From contig JALGPX010000047.1 in the NCBI GenBank assembly GCA_023515795.1, forward strand, positions 1 through 64,000: a DNA stretch of 64,000 bases, given 5' to 3'. The DNA is from Amoeboaphelidium occidentale. Taxonomy: Eukaryota. Below the pieces are notes generated by a model, which searched no databases, was not told the DNA's origin, and saw only the letters and a program-made list of their open reading frames with translations. The position numbers and the translations under genes are program-made. Positions 1 to 11,719 of this stretch are shown piece by piece. Position 1 is the first letter of the stretch, and each line of letters starts with the position of its first letter.

Positions 1-4
1 CGGA

Positions 5-439
5 ATGGTGTACAGGGCGCAAGATATTCATTGGTACGTTTGGGCAAACGAAATACTTTCCAAGCCGGCTGAACTAAATGACTCATTAATCGCAAGTCCT
101 TCGCCTGATCATATTATTCATTTCTTTTCTGCTGTGCATCTAAATGCTGACGTGGAACTACAAAGGCTAGCAACCGCTAACCAAGTAGCATTGGGAGAGA
201 ACAGGTCTGTTGGAACTTCATTGGTGCAGCTAAGAAGCTCTTTTGATAATATGAAGAGGCGCCTTGCTGATTTATTTGACGATTTTGATCAGCGTTTAGC
301 AGCACTAGAGAGGGAAAACTGCATCAGAAGAAACGTGTTAACTGATCATGCAGCTGCTCAACCTGTACAAATGTCAAGTGCGAGTGAGTCTCTGTTGGCT
401 CGTGTCTTGCAGCAAGAAGATGTTGATCACGCAGAATAA
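5..439 (+). CDS. Hypothetical coiled-coil protein, probably 5'-partial; possible accessory ORF of the adjacent Tc1/IS630 element
   Basis: 144-aa open frame with a WANEI...P-S-P motif, a heptad-rich middle and a C-terminal EDVDH; its stop lies 10 bp from the convergent transposase stop. Confidence 0.5.
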   Translation: MVYRAQDIHWYVWANEILSKPAELNDSLIASPSPDHIIHFFSAVHLNADVELQRLATANQVALGENRSVGTSLVQLRSSFDNMKRRLADLFDDFDQRLAALERENCIRRNVLTDHAAAQPVQMSSASESLLARVLQQEDVDHAE

Positions 440-449
440 TAAAGAAAGT

Positions 450-1495
450 CTATTCGCCATTATTAAAGCCCATATCTTCAATAGTCTGTTGTAAGCCAAC
501 CGCTGGGTCAAACTTGTTGCTATCATAACCACATTTTCGAAATATACCACTGAAATCTTTACCCTGAAACGTGCTCATTACATTCACAACGCATAATTCA
601 AACGATAGCGGGACTTGCTCATAGTACAACTGCATCTTCCCCTTAACTTGGCCAAAGATAACTTCAATTGGATTAAAAAAGGGACAATATGCTGGGAGAA
701 AAATTACAATTATTCCAAGAGATCTAATAAAGTAGGCTAAATTCTCGTCCCTATGAATAGAAGCACCATCCAATATCCAAACTGAATTATCACCTGGATA
801 TTGCTTTACCTTACCACTTGGAGCAAATTTCTTGCAGCAATCGGTAAATGTAAGCCTATCGAACGTTCCCTCGACTTGAAACGTTTCCAATACACCTCCA
901 ACTCCAATAAATGACAACATTGAAATTCGAGGTTTCCTCACATACTCTCCAAGATAATAAAGACGAGAACCTTTTAAGCCAAATCCTTTCCTTCTGAGCA
1001 TACAACGATTGTCGAAGCTTACCTCGTCCAAGAAGACCAAATTACAATGCATCCAGGCAATAGAATACAGCTCCCGAGTAAAACGTGCGACATCAGCATA
1101 ACAAACTTGGATTGCTCTTCGTTCAAGGCATTTCCAAGACATTTCAGCTTCTTTGAGAATTAAAGAAATTCTAGATTTTGATATCGATATGCCATACATC
1201 TTTATAAATTCTGTCTTAGCTTCCTTCAAGTAAAGAGTAGGATTCCGCTATATAAACTGACTACCCATTCCTTCATCTCTGTCGAGAATTTGGCATTCAC
1301 ATCATCAGTTTCTTTTCTTGTGAAACCCTTTCCCGCTTCATAATTGCTGACCCATTCCGAGATAGTAGTTGGGCTTTTGTGGAATTGAGCTGATAACTTA
1401 ATGAAGGACATGGAGCAAAAATAATACATATAAAGACAATAGGCGCTCACTTCCGCTGATGCATGGCGGTCGACAACTCCCTTTAGTGTATCCAT
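450..1495 (-). mobile_element. Tc1/mariner-IS630 superfamily DD34E transposase with one frameshift near 1240-1250
   Basis: FLDEVSF, WILDGASIH and FLPAYCPFFNPIE motifs with 34 residues between the second D and the E; the HTH-type N-terminus (ATG 1495) is in another frame, and a -1 shift near TAT AG CGG restores RNPTLYLKEAK; no TIR identified. Confidence 0.85.
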
Positions 1496-1613
1496 GGGTT
1501 TATTGTTGTAATAGGCTATAAAGATTGCACTGCGCATTTGTTTTGTGTCGCGCACAAATACCGCAAAATTCCAGTTTTGCATCAAACAAGCAATATCTAT
1601 TCCGAATTTTTAC

Positions 1614-2129
1614 TCAGCCATCAGCTTTAGTGGCTTCGTAGTCAATTTTTTGCACTCTGAAAGGGAGATTTTCTCCAACATTTCCTTTCTTCCAACCGTC
1701 AGGGGACAAATCAGTCCAAACTTCTCCAGAAAGGATGCTAGTTGCAAAAGGGGCATAGAATTTGATGCGTTGGGAGTACTGCCCGTCAGACCAGTAAAAC
1801 AAACTATCCCGCGCTACTTTCCTCTTTCCAGTGTCAATCGTGTAATTTTTGTTAGCCCTTTGAACAGATAACAATACGTTGCCACTGATATGTAGTACCC
1901 AGCGTTCCTCCTGTCCTCCATAGATATTCACAACAAGAGTTAAGTACAAGTCCCTTTCAAAATCAATCTTATCTTCATCGTCATGATCCCTAAGTATGCG
2001 CATAAGCTCACTCATTGTTTCCTTATCTGTTTCTGTCAGAGTATCTTTAAGCTTGGTTTCCTTTTCCCTAGGCTGAGAAATAGGAACCTCGATTGCTTCA
2101 GCTTGATTATGCAAATCATTTTTATTCAT
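1614..2129 (-). CDS. Hypothetical protein (171 aa)
   Basis: Intact ATG-started ORF, no recognised motif. Confidence 0.4.
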   Translation of the reverse strand: MNKNDLHNQAEAIEVPISQPREKETKLKDTLTETDKETMSELMRILRDHDDEDKIDFERDLYLTLVVNIYGGQEERWVLHISGNVLLSVQRANKNYTIDTGKRKVARDSLFYWSDGQYSQRIKFYAPFATSILSGEVWTDLSPDGWKKGNVGENLPFRVQKIDYEATKADG

Positions 2130-2186
2130 AGAAGCTACCCTTTGAATTTGTTGCTGTCAAAGCTGAAATAAATGAATTTTTTCTAA

Positions 2187-2953
2187 ATGAGTACAGCAAA
2201 AGAAATTTCTGATTCTTGGATTTCATTTTGGAAGAAAGTTAACCCAGAACCTAATGACAAAGCTAATTCAGAAAAGTTCAGGAAGCATCTTGGTAATGCA
2301 ATATTGTCCCTGTTTGAGCTGCCTCCGTTGAAGAACGAAAACTTCTACGACGTCACTNCAATAACAAGATTAAGAACACGGCAACTCAGGAACAAGGACC
2401 CGACGAATCAGTAATTAATGGCAGTTTTTTGGAGCAAACTGACAACGATTGCCACACGGCTCTGGTTGGTGCTGAGTAGTATACAAGCTGTAAATCCATC
2501 GGGAGGATGGGAACACTCATCAGAACATGGTAGGTTTACTACTCTGTCCAGAAATTGCTTCGTTATCAAATAAATCAATCAATCTACGACGTCACTGACA
2601 AGAATATTCTGTTTCTGAAGTGGTTCACATCCCATTCAAGAGATTCACCAATATTTGACGATGACTGTGTAAGCATTCTTTTCAATAAGTTAGATGATGA
2701 ATAATTGCGGAACTGGCCTGAAAACTTTGATGATATTTGGGTTGATGATGTTATTGAGGAATACGCAAACAAGAGATACGGGAATTGTTTTGGCCAGACT
2801 TTNTGCCATCAGTCTGTAATGATATATGGTTATTCCTGCAAATATGAGACGGGGGCCATTTTGGCTCTTCGGAGTGTTTTCCCTCGCCTCGCACAACAGC
2901 TTTTGTAGGAAGAAGAGATGAAAGAATCTATTAATTCAATAAAGCAGTAATGA
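2187..2953 (+). pseudogene. Hypothetical gene interrupted by a retrotransposon fragment and two in-frame stops
   Basis: Removing the insert plus one TSD copy joins ...ENFYDVT to DKNILFLKWF... in frame; the frame continues through TAA (DDE*LRNW) and TAG (QLL*EEEM). Confidence 0.6.
2359..2582 (+). mobile_element. 5'-truncated non-LTR retrotransposon copy with (TCAA)n tail and 14-bp target-site duplication
   Basis: Near-identical to 3936-4167; flanked by TCTACGACGTCACT at 2344-2357 and 2583-2596; single N at the 5' junction. Confidence 0.8.
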
Positions 2954-2954
2954 C

Positions 2955-4167
2955 TCCTAACCTAAAAAGGAGACAGTCTCAGGACTGTTTCAAGCTGCCG
3001 GGGCTAACACGGCGGAATTTTTAACCAGACCTCTCGCCAGAGGTATCGTGACAGAGGATGTCGCCGCCAACCTGGAGTGGAAATATCAAAAGAAGGCGGC
3101 CGTTATTCTGAAATGCTTCCTTGATGCGTGGTTAACGACTACATACGAAGAAATATGGACCCAAAGAAACAACCTCATATCAAAATCAAGAGAACTCTAC
3201 TANCAGTAAAGTGAGGAATCTTCCGTGACAAGAAGAACGAAGGATGAATGAAACATTAACTGGAAGACTGGTGGTTTNACACGGCGGAATTTTTAACCAG
3301 ACCTCTCGCCAGAGGTATCGTGACAGAGGATGTCACCGCCAACCTGGAGTGGAAATATCAAAAGAAGGCGGCCGTTATTCTGAAATGCTTCCTTGATGCG
3401 TGGTTAACGACTACATACGAAGAAATATGGACCCAAAGAAACAACCTCATATCAAAATCAAGAGAACTCTACTACAAACCATTTAAACTCAAACTCATTC
3501 TAAACGAACCACATCCTCCACCTCCAGTTGAACCAATAATAATTACTCTTCCCATCAAGAAGATTCAAGACATGCTTTTGAAACAAAAGAACGTGCTAAT
3601 CGAACTTGAGCAAACCACAACCAAATTAAAGAATATCAACTTAAACACACCAATTCAGGCATCAGAGGAATATGGTAACAACAATATTATCAAAGAAAAG
3701 AAAAGAATACCTGAAAAAGACGAAAATGAAGCGACGCAAGCTACTTCCAAGAGAAGACTTAAAAAGATGGACATTGAACCCACAAACTCCAACACACAAT
3801 ACTCAACATTACGAACACAAAATACACCCATTGATCACTCCCCTAGACCTCCGCCCAAACCTCCTGACAAAGAGCAAAACGAATCCAACACCAATACTCA
3901 AACAATAACACTCCAGAATATCACAACTCAAAGACCAATAACAAGATTAAGAACACGGCAACTCAGGAACAAGGACCCGACGAATCAGTAATTAATGGCA
4001 GTTTTTTGGAGCAAACTGACAACGATTGCCACACGGCTCTGGTTGGTGCTGAGTAGTATACAAGCTGTAAATCCATCGGGAGGATGGGAACACTCATCAG
4101 AACATGGTAGGTTTACTACTCTGTCCAGAAATAGCTTCGTTATCAAATAAATCAATCAATCAATCAA
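2955..4167 (+). mobile_element. 3' portion of a non-LTR (LINE-like) retrotransposon: ORF C-terminus, 3' UTR and AATAAA-(TCAA)4 tail
   Basis: ARGIV...YEEIWTQRN resembles the IWxxRN motif at LINE ORF2 C-termini; tandem TCAA tail at 4152-4167; 3008-3202 is duplicated at 3279-3473 across Ns. Confidence 0.7.
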
Positions 4168-4490
4168 TTTACGATAAGAATGAGGGGGTTGCTTCAAAGA
4201 ATTCGGTTTCTATTGTACAGGGTGTTGAAGGAATACACGAATCTGTTAAAGAATGGAAGATACCACATCAAAAGTTGATATTGGATGAGTATTTGAAAGG
4301 CAAAGAACTTGTTTCAAATGGCAAACTTGATTTGCTTTTCTGTCAGGCTGGTTCAGATGGAACATGTCGATGCAAGTTCTACCGGTTTAATCAGATGCCA
4401 TGTCAACATGTTCTTGGTAGGAATATCAAAATGAATGGGGGTTTCCTTGACGGAGAACGATGGAGGATTTTGAAAGAGAACTTTGAATAA
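4168..4490 (+). pseudogene. SWIM zinc-finger fragment, MULE transposase-like remnant
   Basis: CRCKFYRFNQMPCQH matches the CxCxnCxH SWIM signature; the 5' part is cut off by the LINE tail. Confidence 0.6.
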
Positions 4491-4559
4491 AGTTCTTTTA
4501 TTATCAGACAGAAGTGGCACCGTTAAAACCCAGTGGGAAAGGTATGCCATATTTTGCAT

Positions 4560-5858
4560 TTAAATCGGATACTGCAAAAGTATTTGGAACTGATCATGTG
4601 CAGCTTTCATCTCGGCATTGCTTTGAAGTCCTACAGTAAAAAACTTCATTGTTTTCAGTTTTCCGCCGTTTCTCTTATTCTTTCGAATATATGGCCCAAT
4701 AGTGTGAAAAAACATTGGATCTGTAGGAGCCCATACAGGGAAGGATAGTTCTTCCAATACAAGATTTTCGCTAATCGCTTTCCCGAGTTTCTTACTCAAG
4801 TCCTCAGTAGGACGTATGTATGCAAGGCCAAGTTGAATATTCGTAATAGTAGTATTTCCTTCAATCAACTCGGATAAACTATCCAGAATTTCTTCGACCC
4901 AGTCAGCTATTCCTTCTCCTTGGCCTCTATTTGTCCTCAATGATTCCATAAACGTGTTTAAGACTGCCGTAGAATTAAATTCTGCATTTTTAAGGCCAGA
5001 ATTAGGATACGAAGCAGGATTCATTATGTGAGAGCTTAAAAAGAGCCTTTTTACCTTATCGTTATGCTTCAACGCACTTAAGATTTTGCAAAACATTTGA
5101 GGGTCAACATTGTAATCAAGTTCTTCCGTATCTAGACTTTCCACGCAAAGGGAGCCAAATTGAGGATTGTGCAAATAGCGCGAACTAGTTTTTTTCCAGT
5201 AAATATCATTACTTTCTGGTACTAACTTCATCAACTTCTCCAATTTTGCTTTCAAATCATTAATTGTTTCATTTTGCTCCTTGATCTTGGTTTTCAACAA
5301 ATCAACTTCAGACAATAATTGGCTACCCTTCTGCTTCAACTCCAATTGTCCTGCTTTCGTCTCTTTAAAGAACCTAATGACCTACAGTTTGAGTTCCTAT
5401 GAGAATTTAAATTATACATCTGCATTATTTCTGAATCTGCATGATAAAACATGATCAGCCATAAGGACTCTAGGAAGTTTGTTGTTGCAACCAAGATCCT
5501 GAAAATCGCAATCAAGTAGTTGGTATTCACACGCTATTAAATGATCTTGCAATTCAGAGGCTGGAAAAGGGTTGTCAATTCCTCTTTTACATCCAGCATT
5601 GCTATTAGGACAAACAATTTTTAGCTTTTGCAACTTCCTCTGCAGATAGTCATCCATTTTTGTTGCTTCTGGCTCTGATGCATAGCATGTTTCGCATAAA
5701 ATGTCATCCATATGATAGTACAACACTTTGGGAACATGTCCGCACCTCGAACACACAAAATCTTCATTTTGCTCGTCTGAAAGCACATACTCATTTCCAT
5801 CATTCCCTTTTGTCATTCTTGAATTGTCTGATGAGTGATTAAAATTGACCAATGACAT
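4560..5858 (-). CDS. RING-like/TRAF-type zinc-finger, coiled-coil and RNI-like LRR protein (2 exons; intron 5417-5382)
   Basis: CSRC...H...CETC, CPNSNAGC...HLIAC and CDFQDLGC...HVLSC motifs; a 36-nt GTATAA...CTGTAG intron fuses the two ORFs in frame (NAD|VIRFF); ALKHNDKVKRLFL and LIEGNTTITNIQL are RNI-like repeats. Confidence 0.7.
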
Positions 5859-6637
5859 TCACAAAAAAAAAGATCAAATCGTGTTGAAAACCATGAAACT
5901 GCTCTATATTTGAATCCCATGTAACAACATTGTAGTATAAAACTGCATTACTGCTGCTTTAACTAATATTACGTGATGAACTTCTTGTTGTCTACGGTAA
6001 TTGATTCTACAATTAATAAATTCTTTTTTTAGAGCAATAATGCTGCAGAGAATATTACCGGCAGTGTCTCAAACCATTCAGTATTCAAAACAATTCCAAG
6101 GTTAGCGGCATGGAAGTAATTTGGCTTGAAGTAGACTTTAATGACAGGCGTCATTGAACTCTTAGCGTAGCAACCTTGTTACCAGCGTTGCATGGACATT
6201 GATCGAGGGGTTGGGGCACTTTGCATTATTATAATCTTATGTAGTAATGTTGGCATAGTTCAATATCAGTATTACAGTAGTCGCAGTGTAAGACCGCAGT
6301 AATTATTGCCAAGGGTATCAATATTGTAAGGATATTATGGTGATTTAAAAGATTTCTTAGCAGCATCTTTAAATGATGGCAATGAAGGTCAAAAGTCGAT
6401 AATGAAATGCAGTTGCCTTCCTAAGAGCGGATACACGCCTGAAGTTGTTATGCTAGCATCATTGCCCAATATCAGGTTCAGGGTCCTACGAGCGAAACAC
6501 AAAACGTAGAAGTCGGAGCAGTAAATCAACCAAGCTCCATATAATTCTTCACAAGTCATATAAAACGGTTTGATTTCACTATCTTTATGCTTCTCACCTA
6601 AGATTAAGAAGTTAAATCAAAAACTCCTTGCACTGAC

Positions 6638-6776
6638 GTCGAGAGTATTCCGGCAACATCAAACGTCTTGGAACGTCTGTTTAGCCGAGCTAAATACGTC
6701 CTTAGTGATTAAGACAAGACTTAACCTATGATAGCCTTGAAGTTCGATGTTTCTTTTGATCAATAAAGATTTGTAG
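6638..6776 (+). pseudogene. hAT transposase C-terminal dimerisation-domain remnant
   Basis: Translates IPATSNVLERLFSRAKYVLSD* and then MFLLINKDL*, matching the hAT P(A/P)TSxxxERxFS motif. Confidence 0.65.
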
Positions 6777-7032
6777 TCTTACAAGTTGAATCGTTAAGCG
6801 TCTGAGAAATAAACGCAATTGTCTAACAATATTGTGGGGTATGTCGAATATTGCAACATTAGACCAATACTATTATCGTCACGCCTGGCAGAACCTGTTA
6901 AACAATTGATGAACTCTCGTCTATTTTCAATATTCCTACCCATAATCTACGGCCATCTGAATGTCATTTGATTCTCACCTACAAAACCTTCTTCGTACTT
7001 CCCTTCTTTTTCGCAAACCCATACTTCGCCAG

Positions 7033-7380
7033 TTAGATAACAATCATTTTCGTCCTTGACAGGAAATACGCGAATCCGTTCACAGTGCTCATTGTCTGCT
7101 TCGGGAAGAACCAGTAAAAAACACCTTCTAAATCTTGAGGAGAATCGCCATAGACATAAGTGCGGACGCCCTTTTCCCCCACAGGGCGGCTGATGGAAAT
7201 GAAAAAACCGTATTTCATCGTCAATTCCCAATTTTCATTTGTCAGCGAACCCCCTTTCTTCCAATCGGTCAAGGTGACATTAATCTTCACCGTCCCATTT
7301 TCCTCCCGCTCTTTCAACAGTTTGACAAAGTCATTCATCATGTATTGCTCGGCCAACCAACGGATTTTGCTCGATTGCAT
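7033..7380 (-). CDS. Hypothetical protein (115 aa)
   Basis: ATG-started ORF divergent from the 7396 gene with only 15 bp between starts; no motif recognised. Confidence 0.3.
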   Translation of the reverse strand: MQSSKIRWLAEQYMMNDFVKLLKEREENGTVKINVTLTDWKKGGSLTNENWELTMKYGFFISISRPVGEKGVRTYVYGDSPQDLEGVFYWFFPKQTMSTVNGFAYFLSRTKMIVI

Positions 7381-7395
7381 TTTTTTGTAAAAGAA

Positions 7396-8169
7396 ATGGA
7401 ATCTCCAAGCGAAGATTCATGGCGGGAATTCTTCACAAAGACGCCTGAATTCAAGGCCCGCATGTCGACGTGCAACTCTTTTCGTAATAATCTGGTTTCC
7501 CTATATACAGGAGAATTCGGCGAAAATATCCGTCGTTGGTTGCCGCTTGCATTTCTTAACTACAAAACGGAATTCAAGAATGAAGCCTTGCTGTCAGTGG
7601 TCCAGTCAGAATATTCAGATGGTGCAGTTAATGCCTTTGCTCGCTCAAGAAATGGAGATTGCTGTGCTTATCTCTTACGATTCTGTCTGCTCTTAATTGG
7701 TTGTCGGATTGTTACTGAAGAGGATCTTGTTCTAGTGGAAGGACAATCATTGACTAGTGATAACAAGGGTAGCATTCAAAGAATTGTTCAGGTTGTGGAA
7801 ACTCAGATATATCGTGCTGGCAATGCGTAACCGGCGAAGAAAGAAAGACACTTTGCATTAGAAATTAAGATTGCAGAGAGCAAAATATTACTTCTGGATC
7901 CGGCAATGGGATTATGGCTTATCCGATGTAATACAGAAAAGAAGGTACTCGCCCGATTCTTTTCCTCAAATGACAAAAAAGATGTCGAATATTCTGATCG
8001 CGGAGGGGGAATATATTGGTCAGAAAAGAAAACTTATGATTTCCAAGTTGAAAATTATCTCAACACGGAAGTATTGAAACATCTGCGCACACTTATTGTT
8101 GATTCCACCAAGATGCATATGTCCGATAACAATATTACCCCTGAGCAGCTTATTACACCAATCGAATAG
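7396..8169 (+). pseudogene. Transglutaminase-like/arylamine N-acetyltransferase-fold (Cys-His-Asp) pseudogene
   Basis: Reading through TAA at 7828-7830 joins NGDCCAY...RHFALEI...LLLDPAMG in one frame; more in-frame stops follow at 8167 and beyond. Confidence 0.5.
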
Positions 8170-8751
8170 GTCAATAAACTTGTACGGGACTACTGAGCAC
8201 ATACAGGAATTTATTTTAATTCTGGATCTAAGCGGGCATCCCTACCCCTTGTGATTTCATTTTTGATGCATGAGTCAGTGCCATCTTGATTATTCAGCAT
8301 CACGAGCCTTGTTACAAAATCATATCGACCAGACTTGCTTTCGTGATATACAAATCTTTGTAACTTCTGCCTTCCATATATGCCTCTCTGATACTATTTA
8401 TTTATATTTTAAGAAACTTTCCTTGCTTTGATATTGACAGTTGCAAGTTATCTTTGAGACAAAGGAACAGGAAAAGATCTTTCTGTTTAAAAATACAACA
8501 AAATGATTTTCTTTGAACCAAACACCTGGTATTTTCAGTACTTTAACGTAGATCATTACCTCACCAAATGACATCACAATGTATGCACCCTTACCGCGTT
8601 GATGGTTAGACACGTGTCATGTCGATCTTTCCCCTGATGTGCATATACTGTTTTTCCCCAAATGTTATACAACATTACCGTGGAGAAGAAGGATGGCTTT
8701 ATGATTTATAATGAAGAAATTTGCAGCGACATTGATCTGTTGACTGATCAA

Positions 8752-11590
8752 GTGAGACCGTTGCATGATAACTCGTTGACAACCGTTGCTAAGATGTGTT
8801 TGATGGAGTCGATTGACGAGTGTAAGACAAGAGGTCCGTTACACTTATCGAGAAGCAATAGTTCAGCTTTTTTTGGTTTATAAACCCCACTTCCCAGATA
8901 CTAAACGAACCTGATATCCTTAGAGAGAAGGATATATCATATTTGATCATCTCTGTTCGTGAAGTAAAGCACTAGACTTAACGGCTGTTCTCTACTGGCA
9001 TTCACTATCAAGGCAAAGTGAAATGTCTACTCAATAGTAGAATGACTCTAAAGTCTTTGTTGTCTCNCTGTGTCTTCACAGTACCTGAGCTGGACGGGTA
9101 CTGAGGTGAAGCTGGAGATGTTTAACGGTTGTTACAAGAAGTTTTTTACTCGGACAACTTAAGTTTTTTACTCCAGGACTGATATGGTGATCAGATCAAA
9201 CATCTGGTTTCTGTGTTCGCAGCCTGTTGGAATTGTTACTTATGTACAAGCATATTTATTCAATAAACAACCTTACGCCCCTAACCGTTGTTACACTGGG
9301 ACTAAACGACGCTAAATTTACATGATATCAGAAGGCAAAGCATCAGCAACATGAATTAATAAGTTAATTATGACGTTTACCTTTCCATTACTAGATTAAA
9401 CTCATTCGGGTTCCTGGCGCAGCGGACTGCATTAGGAGTTGTAACTGAATGAACACTGTTTAGAACAACTCAAAAAATTAGACTTGTGAGGCGTAAGGAT
9501 GGCCGTATGCTGGATAATGAAGATAATGGCTTTGGTATTGATCTATTGACTGGTTAGGAGAGGCCGTTGCATGATAACTCGTTGACAACCGTTGCTAATA
9601 TGTGTTTGATTGAGTCGATTGACGAGTGTAAGACAAGAGGTCCGTTACACTTATCGAGAAGCAATAGTTCAGCTTTTTTTGGTTAGTAAACCCCACTTCC
9701 AAGATACTAAACGAACCTGATATCCTTAGAGAGAAGGATATATCATATTTGATCATCTCTGTTCGTGAAGTAAAGCACTAGACTTAACGGCTGTTCTCTA
9801 CTGGCATTCACTATCAAGGCAAAGTGAAATGTCTACTCAATAGTAGAATGACTCTAAAGTCTTTGTTGTCTCGAGTGATCAGACTACTCTAGATTTCACT
9901 TACTGAGACAAATGTCTTTTATCACGCCTTGTGAAGTAACACCTGATATCAATTATCATGATACTATCTTGGGATTTATGAGTTTACTTGGCTCAAGTGA
10001 ACTTGTGATCCCTCTGACTCCAAGAGTCTGTTTCATCTCTTTCACTCTTATCAACTTGTCACNCTTAGATTGTTCTCTTTTAGCATTCTTTATCAAGGCA
10101 AAGTGAAATCTCTACTCAATAGTAGAATGACTCTAAAGTCTTTGTTGTCTCGAGTGATCAGACTACTCTAGATTTCACATACTGAGACAAATGTCTTTTA
10201 TCACGCCTTTTGAAGTAACACCTTTTAGCGAAACATCATGATAATATCTTGAGATTTATGAGCTTACGTGGTTCAAATGAACTAGTGATCTCTATGACTC
10301 CAAGGGTATGTTTCATCTCGATAACTCTTATCAACTTGTCACTACTGAACTTTAATGGTTCTAGATTCAGAAGTAAGAGCAAATCTCTCACTTAGCAAAA
10401 GGCTTTACTGTCAAGCAAAGATAAAAGTAGTTTACGGGGAGGTTTGTTTTAGCTACTGTTCTTTCCCTTCGCCCTCTGTGATCCAAACGATCACAAAAGA
10501 GGTACCGTATCATACTACTATTCGATAGTCTTTTATTTCAGCTACTCAAAGAGTAAGATCTGTCTTTTTTCTATCACCCTTATCCTATTAAAAGGACGCG
10601 TTAGTGCACCACACAGTTGGGAGTGATTTTCGATATTTTACACTCTCCTCAAATCGAGGTTCCAATCTGTGTCTTCACAGTCGTTGAGCTGGACGATGAC
10701 TGAGGTGAAGCTGGAGATGTTTAACGGTTGTTACAAGAAGTTTCTCAACTCGGACAACTTAAGTTTTTTACTCCAGACCCGATATAGTGATCAGATCAAA
10801 AAACTGGTTTCTGTGTTCGCAGCCTGTTGGAATTGTTACCTATGTACAAGCATATTTATTCAATAAACAACCTTACGCCCCTAACCTAAACCCTTCCAAT
10901 TTTACACTCTTCTCCAACGAGGTTCCAATCTGTGTCTTCACAGTACCTGAGCTGGACGGGTACTGAGGTGAAGCTGGAGATGTTTAACGGTTGTTACAAG
11001 AAGTTTTTTAACTCGGACAATTTAAGTTTTTTACTCCAGGCCCGATATAGCTGGCCAGATCAAACATCTGGTTTCTGTGTTCGCAGCCTGTTGGAATTGT
11101 TACTTATGTACAAGCATATTTATTCAATAAACAACCTTACGCCCCTAACCCTAANGCTACTATTCTTTCCCTTCGCCCTCTGTGATCCAAATGATCGGAA
11201 GAGGTACCGTATCATACTACTATTCGATAGTCTTTTATTTCAGCTACTCAAAGAGTAAGATCTGTCTTTTTTCTATCACCCTTATCCTATTAAAAGGACG
11301 CGTTAGTGCACCACACAGTTGGGAGTGATTTTCGATATTTTACACTCTCCTCAAATCGAGGTTCCAATCTGTGTCTTCACAGTCGTTGAGCTGGACGATG
11401 ACTGACGTGAAGCTGGAGATGTTTAACGGTTGTTACAAGAAGTTTTTTTACTCGGACAATTTAAGTTTTTTACTCCAGGCCCGATATAGTGGCCATGATC
11501 AAACATCTGGTTTCTGTGTTCGCAGTTGTTGGAATTGTTACTTATGTACAAGCATATTTATTCAATAAACCACCTAACGCCCCTAATCTT
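8752..11590. repeat. Nested degenerate segmental repeats
   Basis: Approximate blocks: A 8752-9066 = 9562-9872; B (~220 bp, starting TGTGTCTTCACAGT) at 9068, 10668, 10931 and 11370; C 10451-10667 = 11156-11369; D 9873-10042 = 10151-10342. Confidence 0.85.
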
Positions 11591-11719
11591 TACATCTCCA
11601 AACTTTTGATGATTCCAAGCTATGGCAAAAAAGAAAAGCAATCTATTTGTGTGGAAAGTCATGTCGCAGCATTTTGAAAATTCTCAATGATATTTTCGAT
11701 GCCATGGCATCTTCCTGAT

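Noticed and set aside
1..2129. Fanzor/TnpB nuclease next to the IS630-like transposase
   Set aside because: Neither neighbouring ORF shows RuvC or zinc-finger motifs
4040..4102. Hammerhead ribozyme suggested by CTGATGAG on the minus strand of the LINE 3' UTR
   Set aside because: No correctly placed GAAA or stem II/III
9068..11590. CRISPR-like array
   Set aside because: Units are ~220 bp, irregularly spaced, without unique spacers or cas genes, in a eukaryotic context
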